From assembly GCA_963823665.1 (NCBI GenBank), contig CAWGMQ010000003.1, forward strand, positions 320,001-384,000: 64,000 nt of DNA, given 5' to 3'. Position numbers and translations under genes: made by a program. Of this stretch, positions 10,843 through 21,100 are shown in pieces. The notes under the pieces were generated by a model that saw only the letters and a program-made list of their open reading frames with translations, was not told the origin of the DNA and did no database searches. This DNA is from an uncultured Planctomycetota bacterium. Lineage in GTDB: Bacteria; Planctomycetota; Planctomycetia; Isosphaerales; Isosphaeraceae. Position 1 is the first letter of the stretch, and every line of letters begins with the position of its first letter.

Positions 10843-13156
10843 TAGCGATCTTGTTCTGGATTGGTACCGCCCAGATCGCGGCCGGCGCGCCGCCCGAGTC
10901 ACACTGGTGGGACGCCCAGGTCGAGGCGTCGCTTAACCGCGCGCGGCGCGAAAGCAGGAATGGATCCGGACGCTTGAGTCATGCCGTCCCGAGCACCGTG
11001 ACGGCCTGGCCTACCTCATGAGGTACTTACCGAGCCGCGACCTCGAGAAGATGCCCACCGATACGATCGCCGCCAACGTCGCGCTGGCCTACCGGGTGCA
11101 TGCCGAAGTTCCCTGGGGCGGCCGACTGCCCGAAGACGTGTTCCTGGATGCAGTGCTGCCGCACGCGAGTGTTACCGAGCCCCGGCAATCGATGCGCGCC
11201 GAATTCCACGACCGATACCTGCCGTTGGTCAAGGACTGCAAGACGCCGGGAGAGGCCGCGATGCGACTGAACAAGACGCTCTTCCGCGACTACAAGGTCG
11301 GCTATAACACCCGTCGGCTCCGCACCGACCAGAGCTCGAAAGAGTCGATCGCGCAAGGGATGGCGACATGCACTGGCCTTTCGATCATGCTTGTCGAAGC
11401 GTGTCGCGCTGTTGGCGTGCCGGCGCGAGTGGCCGGGATCGCGGCGTGGCCGGGCCGGGGAGGCAATCACACCTGGGTCGAGGTGTGGGACGATGGCTGG
11501 CACTTCGTCGGCGCTGCCGAACCGGATGACAAGGGCCTCGACCACGCCTGGTTTGCCGATGAATCCGCCAAGGCGATCAAGGGGTCGAGTCGCAGCGCGA
11601 TCTACGCGGTCACCTACCGGGCCACCGGTGCGTTTTTCCCGATGGTCTGGAATGAATCGGGCCGCGTGCCCGGCGAGGACGTGACGGACCGCTACGCGCG
11701 AGGAGGAACTCCCGCTCCGACCGTCCCCAAGCTCATGGTCGAGGTTCGCCGGGGCGGAGAGCGTGTCGAGGCCGAGGTCACGTTGCTTGAGCGTGCGACG
11801 GGCGCCAGCCGCGTGCTCGGATCGAGTTTCGGGCCCGAGGTCGACGTGAATCGACATTTGACGTGCGCGGCACCGCCCGTCGGGGACGTCCTGGTCGTCG
11901 CAAGACATGGAGACTCCGCCTCCGTTCGCGCCGCGAACGTCGCGGCGGACACGGTCGTCCGCATCGACGTCGACAGCCCTGCCCCGGAGGAGACGCGGGC
12001 GGAATTGTCACGGATCTTCGCTGACCGCTTCGGGACTGATCTGGTGAAGCAAGCGACGGCCCGGAAGCTGTTGTGTGAGCTGCCCTGGGATGAGTCGATG
12101 CGAGAGATCGCCTGGGCGGCCTACAAGGCATCGCCAGCCCACGAGCCGCTTCGCAAAGAGTATGAGGCGAAGACGGTCGCGACCAAGGACCGGAAAAGCC
12201 CGTACTTGTGGCGGCACATCGGCAGCAAACCGCCCGAGGGCTGGGCGCTGGTCATCGCGATGCACGGCGGGGGTGGTACGCCGAAGGAAGTCAACGACCG
12301 GCAGTGGCGGAGTATGTTCGAGCGATATTACAAGCCGCACGCCGAGGCGGGTGGCTACATTTACCTGGCCCTTCGCGCACCCAACGACGAGTGGAACGGC
12401 TTTTATGATGACGCGATCAGCCCGCTGGTCGAGCGTCTGATCCGACAGTTTGTGCTGTTTGGAGACGTGAATCCGGACCGAGTGTATATTCTCGGGGCAT
12501 CGCACGGCGGTTACGGTGCGTTCGTGATCGGCCCAAAGATCGCTGATCGATTCGCCGCAGTCCATGCCTCCGCGGCGGCCGCGACGCCCGGCGCGACACG
12601 AGGCGAAAACCTCCGCAACGTTCGGTTCACCGTCATGGTCGGCGAGCGAGATACGGCCCACGGGCGTGCCGATCGCTGCCGGGATTTCGTGAAGGAGCTT
12701 GCCGGCTGGAAAGCCCGGTACGGCGGTTACCCGGGTGAGGTTGTGCTGCTCAAGGATGTTGGCCATTCGGTCCCGGATCGCGACAATGTGGGCGAGATGC
12801 TCAAGTCGGGGTCGCGGTCCGCTCACCCAGACCGGATCGTCTGGGCCCAGTCGGACGAAGTTCTCAAGCACTTCTACTGGATCGAAGCCCCGCGACCGGA
12901 TCCATCGGGACGAATCGAGGCGTCGGTGCGCGAGAACACGATTGTGCTCAAGACCGAGCATCAGGATGAGGTCGCTCTCTGGCTCGACGCTCCGCTCGTG
13001 AACCTTGCGCGCCCGGTGGTTGTGGAAATCGAGGGCGGCCGTCGAGAGGTGATCAAGGTCCGATCCAACCCGGAGATGTTCTGCGTGGGCCTGGAGGAGC
13101 GAGGCGATCCGAGCCTAGCGGCGCCCGCGCGGATCTCGATCCCGCTACGGCGGTGA
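10839..13156 (+). CDS. Secreted transglutaminase-like domain + alpha/beta-hydrolase (esterase) fusion; frameshift near 10945
   Basis: Signal-like MIAILFWIG at 10839 (ATGA overlap); ATCTGLS...CRAVGVPAR...NHTWVEVW transglutaminase core; HGGG, GASHGG, GERD and GH hydrolase motifs. Confidence 0.8.
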
Positions 13157-13189
13157 ACCGATTCTGGGCTACCGTCCCGTCTCGGCGGA

Positions 13190-13825
13190 GTGATGCTCCG
13201 CGAATACCGACTTGCGTTATTCGGAATCGAGGCGCCCGGCGGCTTTCAAACGTGGGATGCCGCGAGGGGCAAAGCGGAACGCCACCATTGGATTCCAATT
13301 GGAATGAGCGTGAACGTCGACGCCTACGGAGATTTGGCTCCCAAACCGGCAGCGAGCCGGCTCTACGTACCGTACGAGCGTTCCGTGCCTGTCCGAGCGG
13401 CGGTGACTCGAGCGGTGCTACTGCACGCGGGACAGCTCTGGAAGGCTCATGTCGACTCTGCCGATTGGACGATTTGGTATCAGTCCTTCCTGCGTAGTTG
13501 GGATGGCAAGAAATTCGCCCTGCTCAGAGAGGATCCGGACATCCGGCGCAATCTCACTGAGCTCCTCGCCGCGAAACCACGGATTTTGGACCCCGACTTC
13601 TACGTTTCGGTTGCACGGTTCCACTCTTATTTCGGCGAAATCGTCCTGACCGAGGGCCTCGATGGAGCGAAACCCGATGTCGACATTCGGCAACCGCTCT
13701 CCCCAGGCCACATCAACGCCGCCGCCGCGAAGGCTGGGATTGACGCGGGCAAGATTGACGCTGCGGTGGAGTCGTTGTTTGAGTTCCTGGGTTGGGACAT
13801 CACGAAGGGCCAACCGCTCGAATAG
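13190..13825 (+). CDS. Hypothetical protein (start may be GTG 13153 with a frameshift)
   Basis: 211-aa ORF with globular composition directly after the previous gene; no family recognised. Confidence 0.55.
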   Translation: MMLREYRLALFGIEAPGGFQTWDAARGKAERHHWIPIGMSVNVDAYGDLAPKPAASRLYVPYERSVPVRAAVTRAVLLHAGQLWKAHVDSADWTIWYQSFLRSWDGKKFALLREDPDIRRNLTELLAAKPRILDPDFYVSVARFHSYFGEIVLTEGLDGAKPDVDIRQPLSPGHINAAAAKAGIDAGKIDAAVESLFEFLGWDITKGQPLE

Positions 13826-13914
13826 GCTGAGACCGGGCCCGGAATGCGTGCTGAGACCAGTCTGGTCACGGTCGGCACGCCAGATGGTGAGGGATGGGTC
13901 GTGGACACGGTCGG

Positions 13915-14110
13915 CGTCGATGAGACCGTTCGGGCGCATGTCGGTCCGGTTAGCCTCGATCCAGTCCGAGCATGCCTGCAGTCGGCCGTCCGGACCGACC
14001 GCTTTCCAGCCGGCCGGGATCTCCTTGAAGGCTGGCCACAGCGAGTACTGGCCTTCGTCGTTCACCAGCACGGGGAAGTTACCATCCTGATCTTCAAGCT
14101 GCCTCGCCAC
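13915..14110 (-). pseudogene. mbtH: MbtH-like protein, degenerate
   Basis: EDQDGNFPVLVNDEGQYSLWPAFKEIPAGW...WIEANRTDMRP matches the MbtH signature; conserved Trp before TDMRP is Arg (CGG); no stop at the expected position. Confidence 0.8.
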
Positions 14111-14223
14111 TTGAGTTTTTCGCAACTTGGTGCTCAATTGGTCCCAGGGGAGAGAAAGCTGGTAGATGCACGCACCAGGCTTCAAGAATCCCCCTTCGGC
14201 TCGCAGTTGGTGGAGACTCTCGG

Positions 14224-15714
14224 ATGTGCCTCGAGGTGGCCGGGCCGCGTGCTCTGCGCTGTATCGTCCCCCACGCGCTGCGAGGGGTACTGGTCGGCCT
14301 GATCCCCGCTCAGCTCGTGCAGGCGCTGAAGCTCCCCGGCAACTTGTCGTTCGAAAGTCTCGATCCAGTCTGGGTCGATGTGCCGCGCGGCAGCCCGGAT
14401 CGACACCTTCTGGATCAATTGACAGCACTCGTGAATCCCGCAATCAGATCGCCCAGATTCGACCTGACGGGCCTCGCCTTTCCTGACGGAGTACTTCCAA
14501 GTGTGGACTTGAAGCGCCTTCCTTTATTGACGCGAACACGGAATTGCCTGACGGGGGCATCGCTCTTCTCGACCGAAGAGCTCCGCGGCAAGTCGCTTGG
14601 GCGATTGCTGGAGATTCCCTGGTTTGGCGCCAAGTGTCTAGTCGACCTCCTGACGGCGGTTGAGGGAGCAAAGTGGGCGGCGGATTCTGAGGGCGGTCGC
14701 ATCAAGGGTGTGGCTGCGGGCCCGCCGATTGAGCTGGAATCGCAACGTTGCGAAATCACGCTTAAGCGCGGTCCGAGAGCAATCGGCGGGTATGGCCGGC
14801 GGTGCCTCGTGCCCGGTGCACTGGAATCCGTATTCAAAGGGACCGTGCCAGCTCCGCTTGCGCAGGCCCTGAAGCTGGCTCCGGGCACTTCGTTCGAGTC
14901 TGTTGCGCGCGGGCGAGTTCAAGTCGGCGAGCGGCACGCCGATCGTCAACTATTGACCTGGCTGGCAGAGCTCTTGAGCCCCGCGATAACCACGGGATGG
15001 CTCGATCTCTCGGCGCCAGCCTTTCCCGAGGGGGTCGCCTCCACGATCGATCTGGCTCGCCTTCCCATCCGCACTCGGACGTGGAATTGCCTGATGCGAG
15101 CAAGGCTGGTCTCCGGAGATGCCCTGGAGCGCCGATCGCTTCGGGAGCTGCTCGCAATCCCCGGCTTCGGTGTGCAGTGTATGGTGGATCTGCTCACTGC
15201 CGTCGAAGGAGCCCAACGGGCGACCGAGACCGAAGGAGCGTGCCCGCAAACGACCGAGCTGTATGAGCTAGCGGCTCTCACGCTCGCGCCGCGACTGACT
15301 CACGAGGCGCGGCTGCTTGCCGACGAGCCCTGGTCGAGGGATGTCGGCAACTACGACGCGCGACTGGCACCCCATTTTCTAACGAGCGTCGATCCGCTCG
15401 GGGAAGTGCAGGATGCGTTAGCCGCGGGCCGGCTTTCCCTTGAACATCCCCTGTTTACCGAGTCACCGGGGTACGAAATCGATCTGCGAAGGTGCCCACT
15501 CTCGCACAACACGATGCGCGGGCTGCGCGAAGCGGGGCTAACCAAGCTGTCGGCACTCGCGTGCTTAACGCCGCGCGAGTTGCTGGCAAGAAACCGCTTG
15601 GGAGAACGATCCGTGTCGGAGGTGCTGGTACTGCTCGACATCTTCAGAATGCGCTCGCGCGAGACAAATTCCATCCCTACGGCCTTGTTACGGCCGCCCA
15701 TGCGATTGGTCTGA
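14224..15714 (+). CDS. Protein with three RNA polymerase alpha-CTD-like (HhH) domains and an internal tandem duplication
   Basis: LPLLTRTRNCL...LLEIPWFGAKCL, LPIRTRTWNCL...LLAIPGFGVQCM and CPLSHNTMRGL...LLARNRLGERSV resemble the alpha-CTD pattern LSVRSxNCL...LLKxxNFGxKSL. Confidence 0.75.
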   Translation: MCLEVAGPRALRCIVPHALRGVLVGLIPAQLVQALKLPGNLSFESLDPVWVDVPRGSPDRHLLDQLTALVNPAIRSPRFDLTGLAFPDGVLPSVDLKRLPLLTRTRNCLTGASLFSTEELRGKSLGRLLEIPWFGAKCLVDLLTAVEGAKWAADSEGGRIKGVAAGPPIELESQRCEITLKRGPRAIGGYGRRCLVPGALESVFKGTVPAPLAQALKLAPGTSFESVARGRVQVGERHADRQLLTWLAELLSPAITTGWLDLSAPAFPEGVASTIDLARLPIRTRTWNCLMRARLVSGDALERRSLRELLAIPGFGVQCMVDLLTAVEGAQRATETEGACPQTTELYELAALTLAPRLTHEARLLADEPWSRDVGNYDARLAPHFLTSVDPLGEVQDALAAGRLSLEHPLFTESPGYEIDLRRCPLSHNTMRGLREAGLTKLSALACLTPRELLARNRLGERSVSEVLVLLDIFRMRSRETNSIPTALLRPPMRLV

Positions 15715-16041
15715 CACACTCTGTCGCAGTTGAGCGAGTGGGGGGCACCGAATGGCTCATCACGACGCCGAATGTGGGTGTGCCCTAGCAGACTCTGCGC
15801 GAAGCTTGAGACATTGAGTTTCCGACCTTGATGGAGGGCATACTACCCAAGAACCGGATTCCATGAAACGACTGCCTGCCCGCGCTTGCGTCTTGGCTCG
15901 CTACGCCATCCGACGCCGGCATTATCATCCGCAATCGGACCGCGCCGGGGCTCACGTCGACGAGTGTTCTTGGTGAAAACTCTGTTTCGCTTCGCCGCCC
16001 TTGCGGTAGGCTAGAGAGAAAGGGCGAGAAAACGAGAGGAA

Positions 16042-16110
16042 TTGATTGTATCCTCACCATTTCCTGGGATGGACCCTTACCTGGAGGACAACACCGGACT
16101 GGTCCACTGA
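16042..16110 (+). pseudogene. DUF4058 family N-terminal remnant
   Basis: GAGAGGA RBS, then TTG...SSPFPGMDPYLED, the characteristic DUF4058 start, followed by an early TGA. Confidence 0.6.
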
Positions 16111-16465
16111 TTCTGGGCCTGACCGGCGACGGTCGCGCGCCAAACAGTCAGGTTTGACTTACCCTGCGACGTGCTCTGCTGGTTCGAAATCGGCGGTCCC
16201 AGAACCACGATTTCCAGATGCGTCGCCATCTGTCCGAAGCCCTACGCCGGCTCTCTTAAAGTCAATTGCACATGGTATCAAAGCGGCCCACACATGGCCA
16301 GCCTCGCGTGGGGCTCAGGCAGCGCCAGGTCTTTGATGGTGTGCACAACATCCGATTTGAGACTGGCTGGTGTGCACGCTTTCCCCACATGAAACTCGAA
16401 CGGCGGCCCGCTGAGACGAAACCTGCCAACTTCTGGGTCCGTAATGACGAAGCGATTATTCGCGG

Positions 16466-18284
16466 CTACTTTTCACCCCGTATCTGCTCCGATGTCGCCG
16501 CCGGCACGGGCTCGGGCAAGCCGATGTTCGCGAGACCGACTGATTCCGGCGCCGCGCCGGCGTGGATGCGGTTGTAGGCCTGGCCGAAGACTTCCTTCAT
16601 GGCGACGCGATGGCTCGAGTCGTAGCGCAGGGGGTAGGAGAGGTCGTAGAACATGATGCCCCAGAGGCAGATATACTCCCATGCGGCTGAGTTGATCTTG
16701 AATTTCTGGCAGCACTCGGTGGGGTCGATGACGGGGGCGGGGCGATCGGGCGGCCAGCCGAGAGCCTTGCGCGCGTGCAGCTCATGCAAGACGGCCTGGG
16801 AGAGCGCGATCTGGCCGCGGAGCGACGGGTGCATCGCGTCGTGAAAGAAATGCTCGTCGAGAAGCCCGTGCTGGGCGACCGCGTGGAAATAACTCTGGCC
16901 GTCGATCAGGATGCAGGCATGCCGATCGGCCACGTCGTGATAGACTTTCTGGAAGTCTGTCGGGAAGCGCATCGGATAGCCATCGCAATCGCGGGCCGTG
17001 TGATAATGGTCGTAGGCCTCGTCCCATGAGCCGGCGAGCTCGAGGAGCTGGGCCAGGCGGTAGTGGACCTCGGCGAAGCCGCTGTGGCGGGCGATCAAGG
17101 CGCGATAGGCCGCCTGGGCTGCCGCGGGATCGGCGGTCTCGCTGCGCCGCGCGGCCAGAAAATCGTGGGCGAATGCATCGCGCTCGTGACGCGGCGTGGC
17201 CGGGGGAAGGAACGATCGATTCGGCTCGTAGCCGGTGTCGTTGCCGGGCGGCGAGATCAAGACCGGGAGCGCGCCGATCCGCTCGGCGTAGGCGACGATG
17301 GCCTCCAGACGAACGCGGAAGTCGGCCAGGATGGCCGCGTATTCGGCCGTCGTGTAGGCGGGAACGTCGACCAGGGCGCGATGGCCGTCCGGTGGCGGCG
17401 GAATCGCCACGCGGCACTTCTCTGCTGTCTGGCGGATCAGACCGCAGACACCGGAATTTGCCTCGATTTTTTCGAGCAGCGCAGACCAAGCCGTCGGTGC
17501 CTGGTCGTCGAAGTAGAATGGCGTGTCGCGCCCGGAATCCACTCGTCCGGAAAACTCGTTATGGCCGCAGTAGATGAGGAGGATATCGGGCTTGCGGACG
17601 AGCCGGGACAACTGCGTTTGCTGCATCTCGAGAGTATGCCCGGAGAACGCGAGGATCTGGAGACGCACGCCTCGATCCGGAAAGATCGATTCGAGCTGCC
17701 AGACCAGAATGTTGCCGATCGACGTCCAGCGGTTGTACGGCACGCCTTCCGCGCTCGACTCGCCCACGATCGCGATGTCGATCGTGCGGTCGTCGGGGGC
17801 TTCCGGGAAGATATCGGGTGCGTTCACTTTCGCAGCGGATTCTGGACTCGAGCCAGGTGCTTTCGAGCGCGACGCAGCGGGGCGCAGGCCTCCGGCGGGG
17901 ACCGCGGAGGCGCGATGGGCGCGGCGGAGCCAGAGCGTGCTCGTCGCCTCAGCCAGGAGCAAGCCCAGCACGAGCGAGCCGCACAGGAGCAGTCCGCGGG
18001 CGAGCTTCCGCCGTGTGGCTGCCTTGCCACGACGTTTGAGCAGCAATGCGGCCGTCAGGACCGCGCCGAGAGAAGACGCCACCACGGCGATGCCGTAGGC
18101 GATCTCGAGGGCGATCAAGAAGACCAGGCCGGCTTGCCAGTAGAACCAGGCGGGAACCCGGCCATGAAGCCAGAACCCACCGAAAACAACAGACAGAGCG
18201 GTCGCTACGGCAATGGCGAGCAGAATGCGCGAGCCGCTTGCCGGTGAGACGGCGATGGGTCTTGGTCTTGCTCGAAACGGACAT
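16466..18284 (-). CDS. Membrane-anchored SGNH/GDSL hydrolase-like protein with TPR insert; frameshift near N-terminus
   Basis: VGESSAEG (block I), YCGHNE (block III), DAMHPS (block V); N-terminal TM helices; ATG at 18284 directly follows the upstream stop. Confidence 0.75.
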
Positions 18285-19635
18285 TCAGGAGATCAACTCG
18301 GGCAGCGGACCCGCTTCGACCAGGTATTGCGGCCGGCCGGTCGGGTCGGTGACGGTGGTCTTGGCCACGTCGATGCCGAGGTTGTGATATAAGGTCGCGA
18401 CGATCTCTTGAATCGGCACCGGACGGTCCTTGGCATATTCGCCGAGCCGGTTGGTGGCGCCAATGGCCTGCCCCGCGCGAATTCCGCCGCCGGCCAAAAA
18501 GGCGCAGCTCACCGGCGGCCAGTGGTCGCGGCCCGCACCGCCATTGATGCGTGGCGTGCGGCCGAATTCGCCCCAGGCGATCACCGTCACGTCGTCGAGC
18601 ATGCCCCGGACGTCCAGGTCTTCAATCAGGGCACTCAAGCACTGGTCGAGCTTGGCGCCGTGATCGCGCACCAGCCCGAAGTTGTCGCCGTGGGAATCCC
18701 ATCGGCCGTAGGAAAGGGTGACGCAGCGGACGCCCGCCTCGACCAGCCGGCGCGATCAAGAGATGCTCGTTGACCGTCGGGGCGCCGTCGTACTGAAACT
18801 TGTAGGGTTGGCCATTTCCGTAGCGGTCGCGAAGGCGGGGATCTTCGCGGCTCAAGTCGAGGGCATCGACGAGCTTGCTCGAGGTCAGAACGTCGAACGC
18901 AAGCTCGGTGGCCGAGTCGACGCCGGTGAGAGCGCCGGTGGCGTCGCGATCACGCTTGAGCCCATCAAAGCTCGCCAGCAGCCTGCGCCGATCCTCGAGC
19001 TGACCGGTCGGGATCTTCAGCTTCATGTTGGTCATCGCCGGCCCGTCGGGCTGAAACGGCGCGTATGCCGGCCCGAGGAACCCGAACGATCCCGGGTCAG
19101 ACCATGGGACGTGCTGAGTTCGCGCAGCCAGCCCCACGAACGGCGGGATGGCCGGGTCTACGGCACCCCGGAGCTTCGACACCATCGCGCCCAAGCTTGG
19201 CCGGCCGCCGATCGAGGTCAAGCTGTCCGGCAGCCAGCCCGTGTTGCACTGAAATGCCTCGTGGCGATCGGTCGCACCGACGACCGAACGAATGACGACG
19301 GCTTTGTTCATCAGGCCGGCGAGCTGCGGAAAGACTTCGCAGATATCGATGCCGGGCACCTTGGTGGCGATCGGCTTGAACTCACCCCGGATCTCGGCCG
19401 GGGCGTCGGTCTTGATCTCCCACATGTCCTGGTGGGGCGGGCCACCGCCCAGGAAGATGTTGATCACCGCCTTGTGCGAGGACCGTGTGCCGGCGCGTGC
19501 CTCAGCCCGAAATAAATCGGCCAGCGACAGCGACATCAGGCCGCCCATCGAAAGGCCGCCGATCCGAATGAAGTCGCGCCGGGAGAGCCCGTCGCAAAAC
19601 AAGGAAGTCGCTTTGGCCCCGAAAATCGTCAGCAT
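18285..19635 (-). CDS. DUF1501 domain protein with Tat-like signal; frameshift near 18755
   Basis: [39 protein letters not shown]...GRDHWP, GRPQYL motifs. Confidence 0.9.
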
Positions 19636-19899
19636 CCAACATCCTCGCGCAAAATCCCTACCTTGCACATTTTTCGACTCGGTGTATTGCAATAGTTTAA
19701 CAATTAGGGCGGGTGGTGTGAAGGCGGGGATCTGCGCGCGACAGGCCACGGTAGTCAGCGGCGCCGAGATGAGATCGACCGAACGGCGCTACGATTTCTT
19801 CTGGGAATGGGAATCAGGGCGATGCTGCTCGACCGGCGGTTCCCCGCGGATCCATTTTCCTTGGATCGGCATCGTCGTTGACAGCATTTGATGCGAACG

Positions 19900-20975
19900 C
19901 TACGGCCGGTTGTCGCCGATCAGGAGGTAGCGGCCGTCCGGCGAGAACGCGAGACCGCCGAGCTTGTTGTTGTGTCCCTTGACCTCCACTTTCGTCGCGC
20001 GCCGCGACTTGCCGCGGTCGACGTAATAGAGTGTTCTTTTCTCCCCTTCGACGCCCAGGAAGTAGCAACGGCGCGTTTCGGGCCAGTAAACCGGCCAGCG
20101 CGGCGTGACGTCGAGCTCCTTGTCGCGTTGCCACAGGACCTCGATGATCTTCGCCTCGACCGGTTTGGTCACATCGATCAGAGCGATGGTGTCGCCTTCG
20201 GCGCGGGTGCTGAGCGCCGCCACGAGCGTGCCGGGCCCGGCCCAGCTCGGCCACGAGAAGATTCGGTATCCCGGAACTTCCACGGTTCCGTCGGTGACTT
20301 TCTCGAAGCTCATCACGATCGCCTGGGGGAAATCACCGAAACCCAGGAGCAGGAATTCACGCCCGTCGGGTGACCAGAACGGAACACCATATTCGCCTAA
20401 CCGACGTCGCTGGGAGCCATCGGCCTGCATCACCCACACGCCACTGTCGGCCCCGAGCTCGTTTCCCGGATTGAGCAGAAAGGCGATCTTCCTGTCGTCT
20501 CCGGAGAAGGTCGGGCAATTACCCGGGCCGAGATCGGTGTAGGTGGGGTGCCCGTCGCGGACGTCGAGCGCCATCAAGCGCGATCGACGCACCTCATTTC
20601 CCGGCGTGGCGGAGAAGATGATCCGCTTGCCGTCATGCGACCACTTGGGCGGGCCACCGCACAAAGCTAGACCTCGCGCGGGCTCGTCGGCGACGAGAGT
20701 TGTTCCTCCTTCGACGAGGTCCAACACGTACAACTGCATTCGCTCTCCCTCGATCGAACTGCGTGGGGGAGGATGGCGTTTAAGTGCATCGACCAGACGC
20801 GTGACAGCCGCGGCGACTTTCACGCTTGCGAACCTTGACAAGCTCCACGATGGCGCTCGTGCCGGCGGCCGGAACTTGAGCGGCGCGAGACAACAGTCAA
20901 GGTCGGCCCGCCGTCGGGCGGGAGGGCACAAACCAGTGCCGCGATGCCGAAGAGTTTCAACTTGGAGGTCTTCAT
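19900..20975 (-). CDS. Secreted TolB-like/PD40 beta-propeller protein; frameshift near 20900
   Basis: Repeated P.WS.DG / FS.DG motifs (PKWSHDG, PTFSGDD, PFWSPDG, FSPDGRY); signal-like MKTSKLKLFGIAALVCAL at ATG 20975. Confidence 0.7.
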
Positions 20976-21100
20976 GGTCTAGAGAATCCCTCGAGCAGGC
21001 GAGATTCGTGCCGCCAGTTTCCTGAGTGATCCCGTCCTTGATCGCGCGTCGATTGACAAGACGACGATTGCGCCTCGGATAACTTCCGAGGCGCATTTGT

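Noticed and set aside
13418..14443. 341-aa ORF as a long MbtH fusion or NRPS cluster marker
   Set aside because: Only ~65 aa are MbtH-like; the rest overlaps plus-strand genes, and no NRPS domains are present in the window
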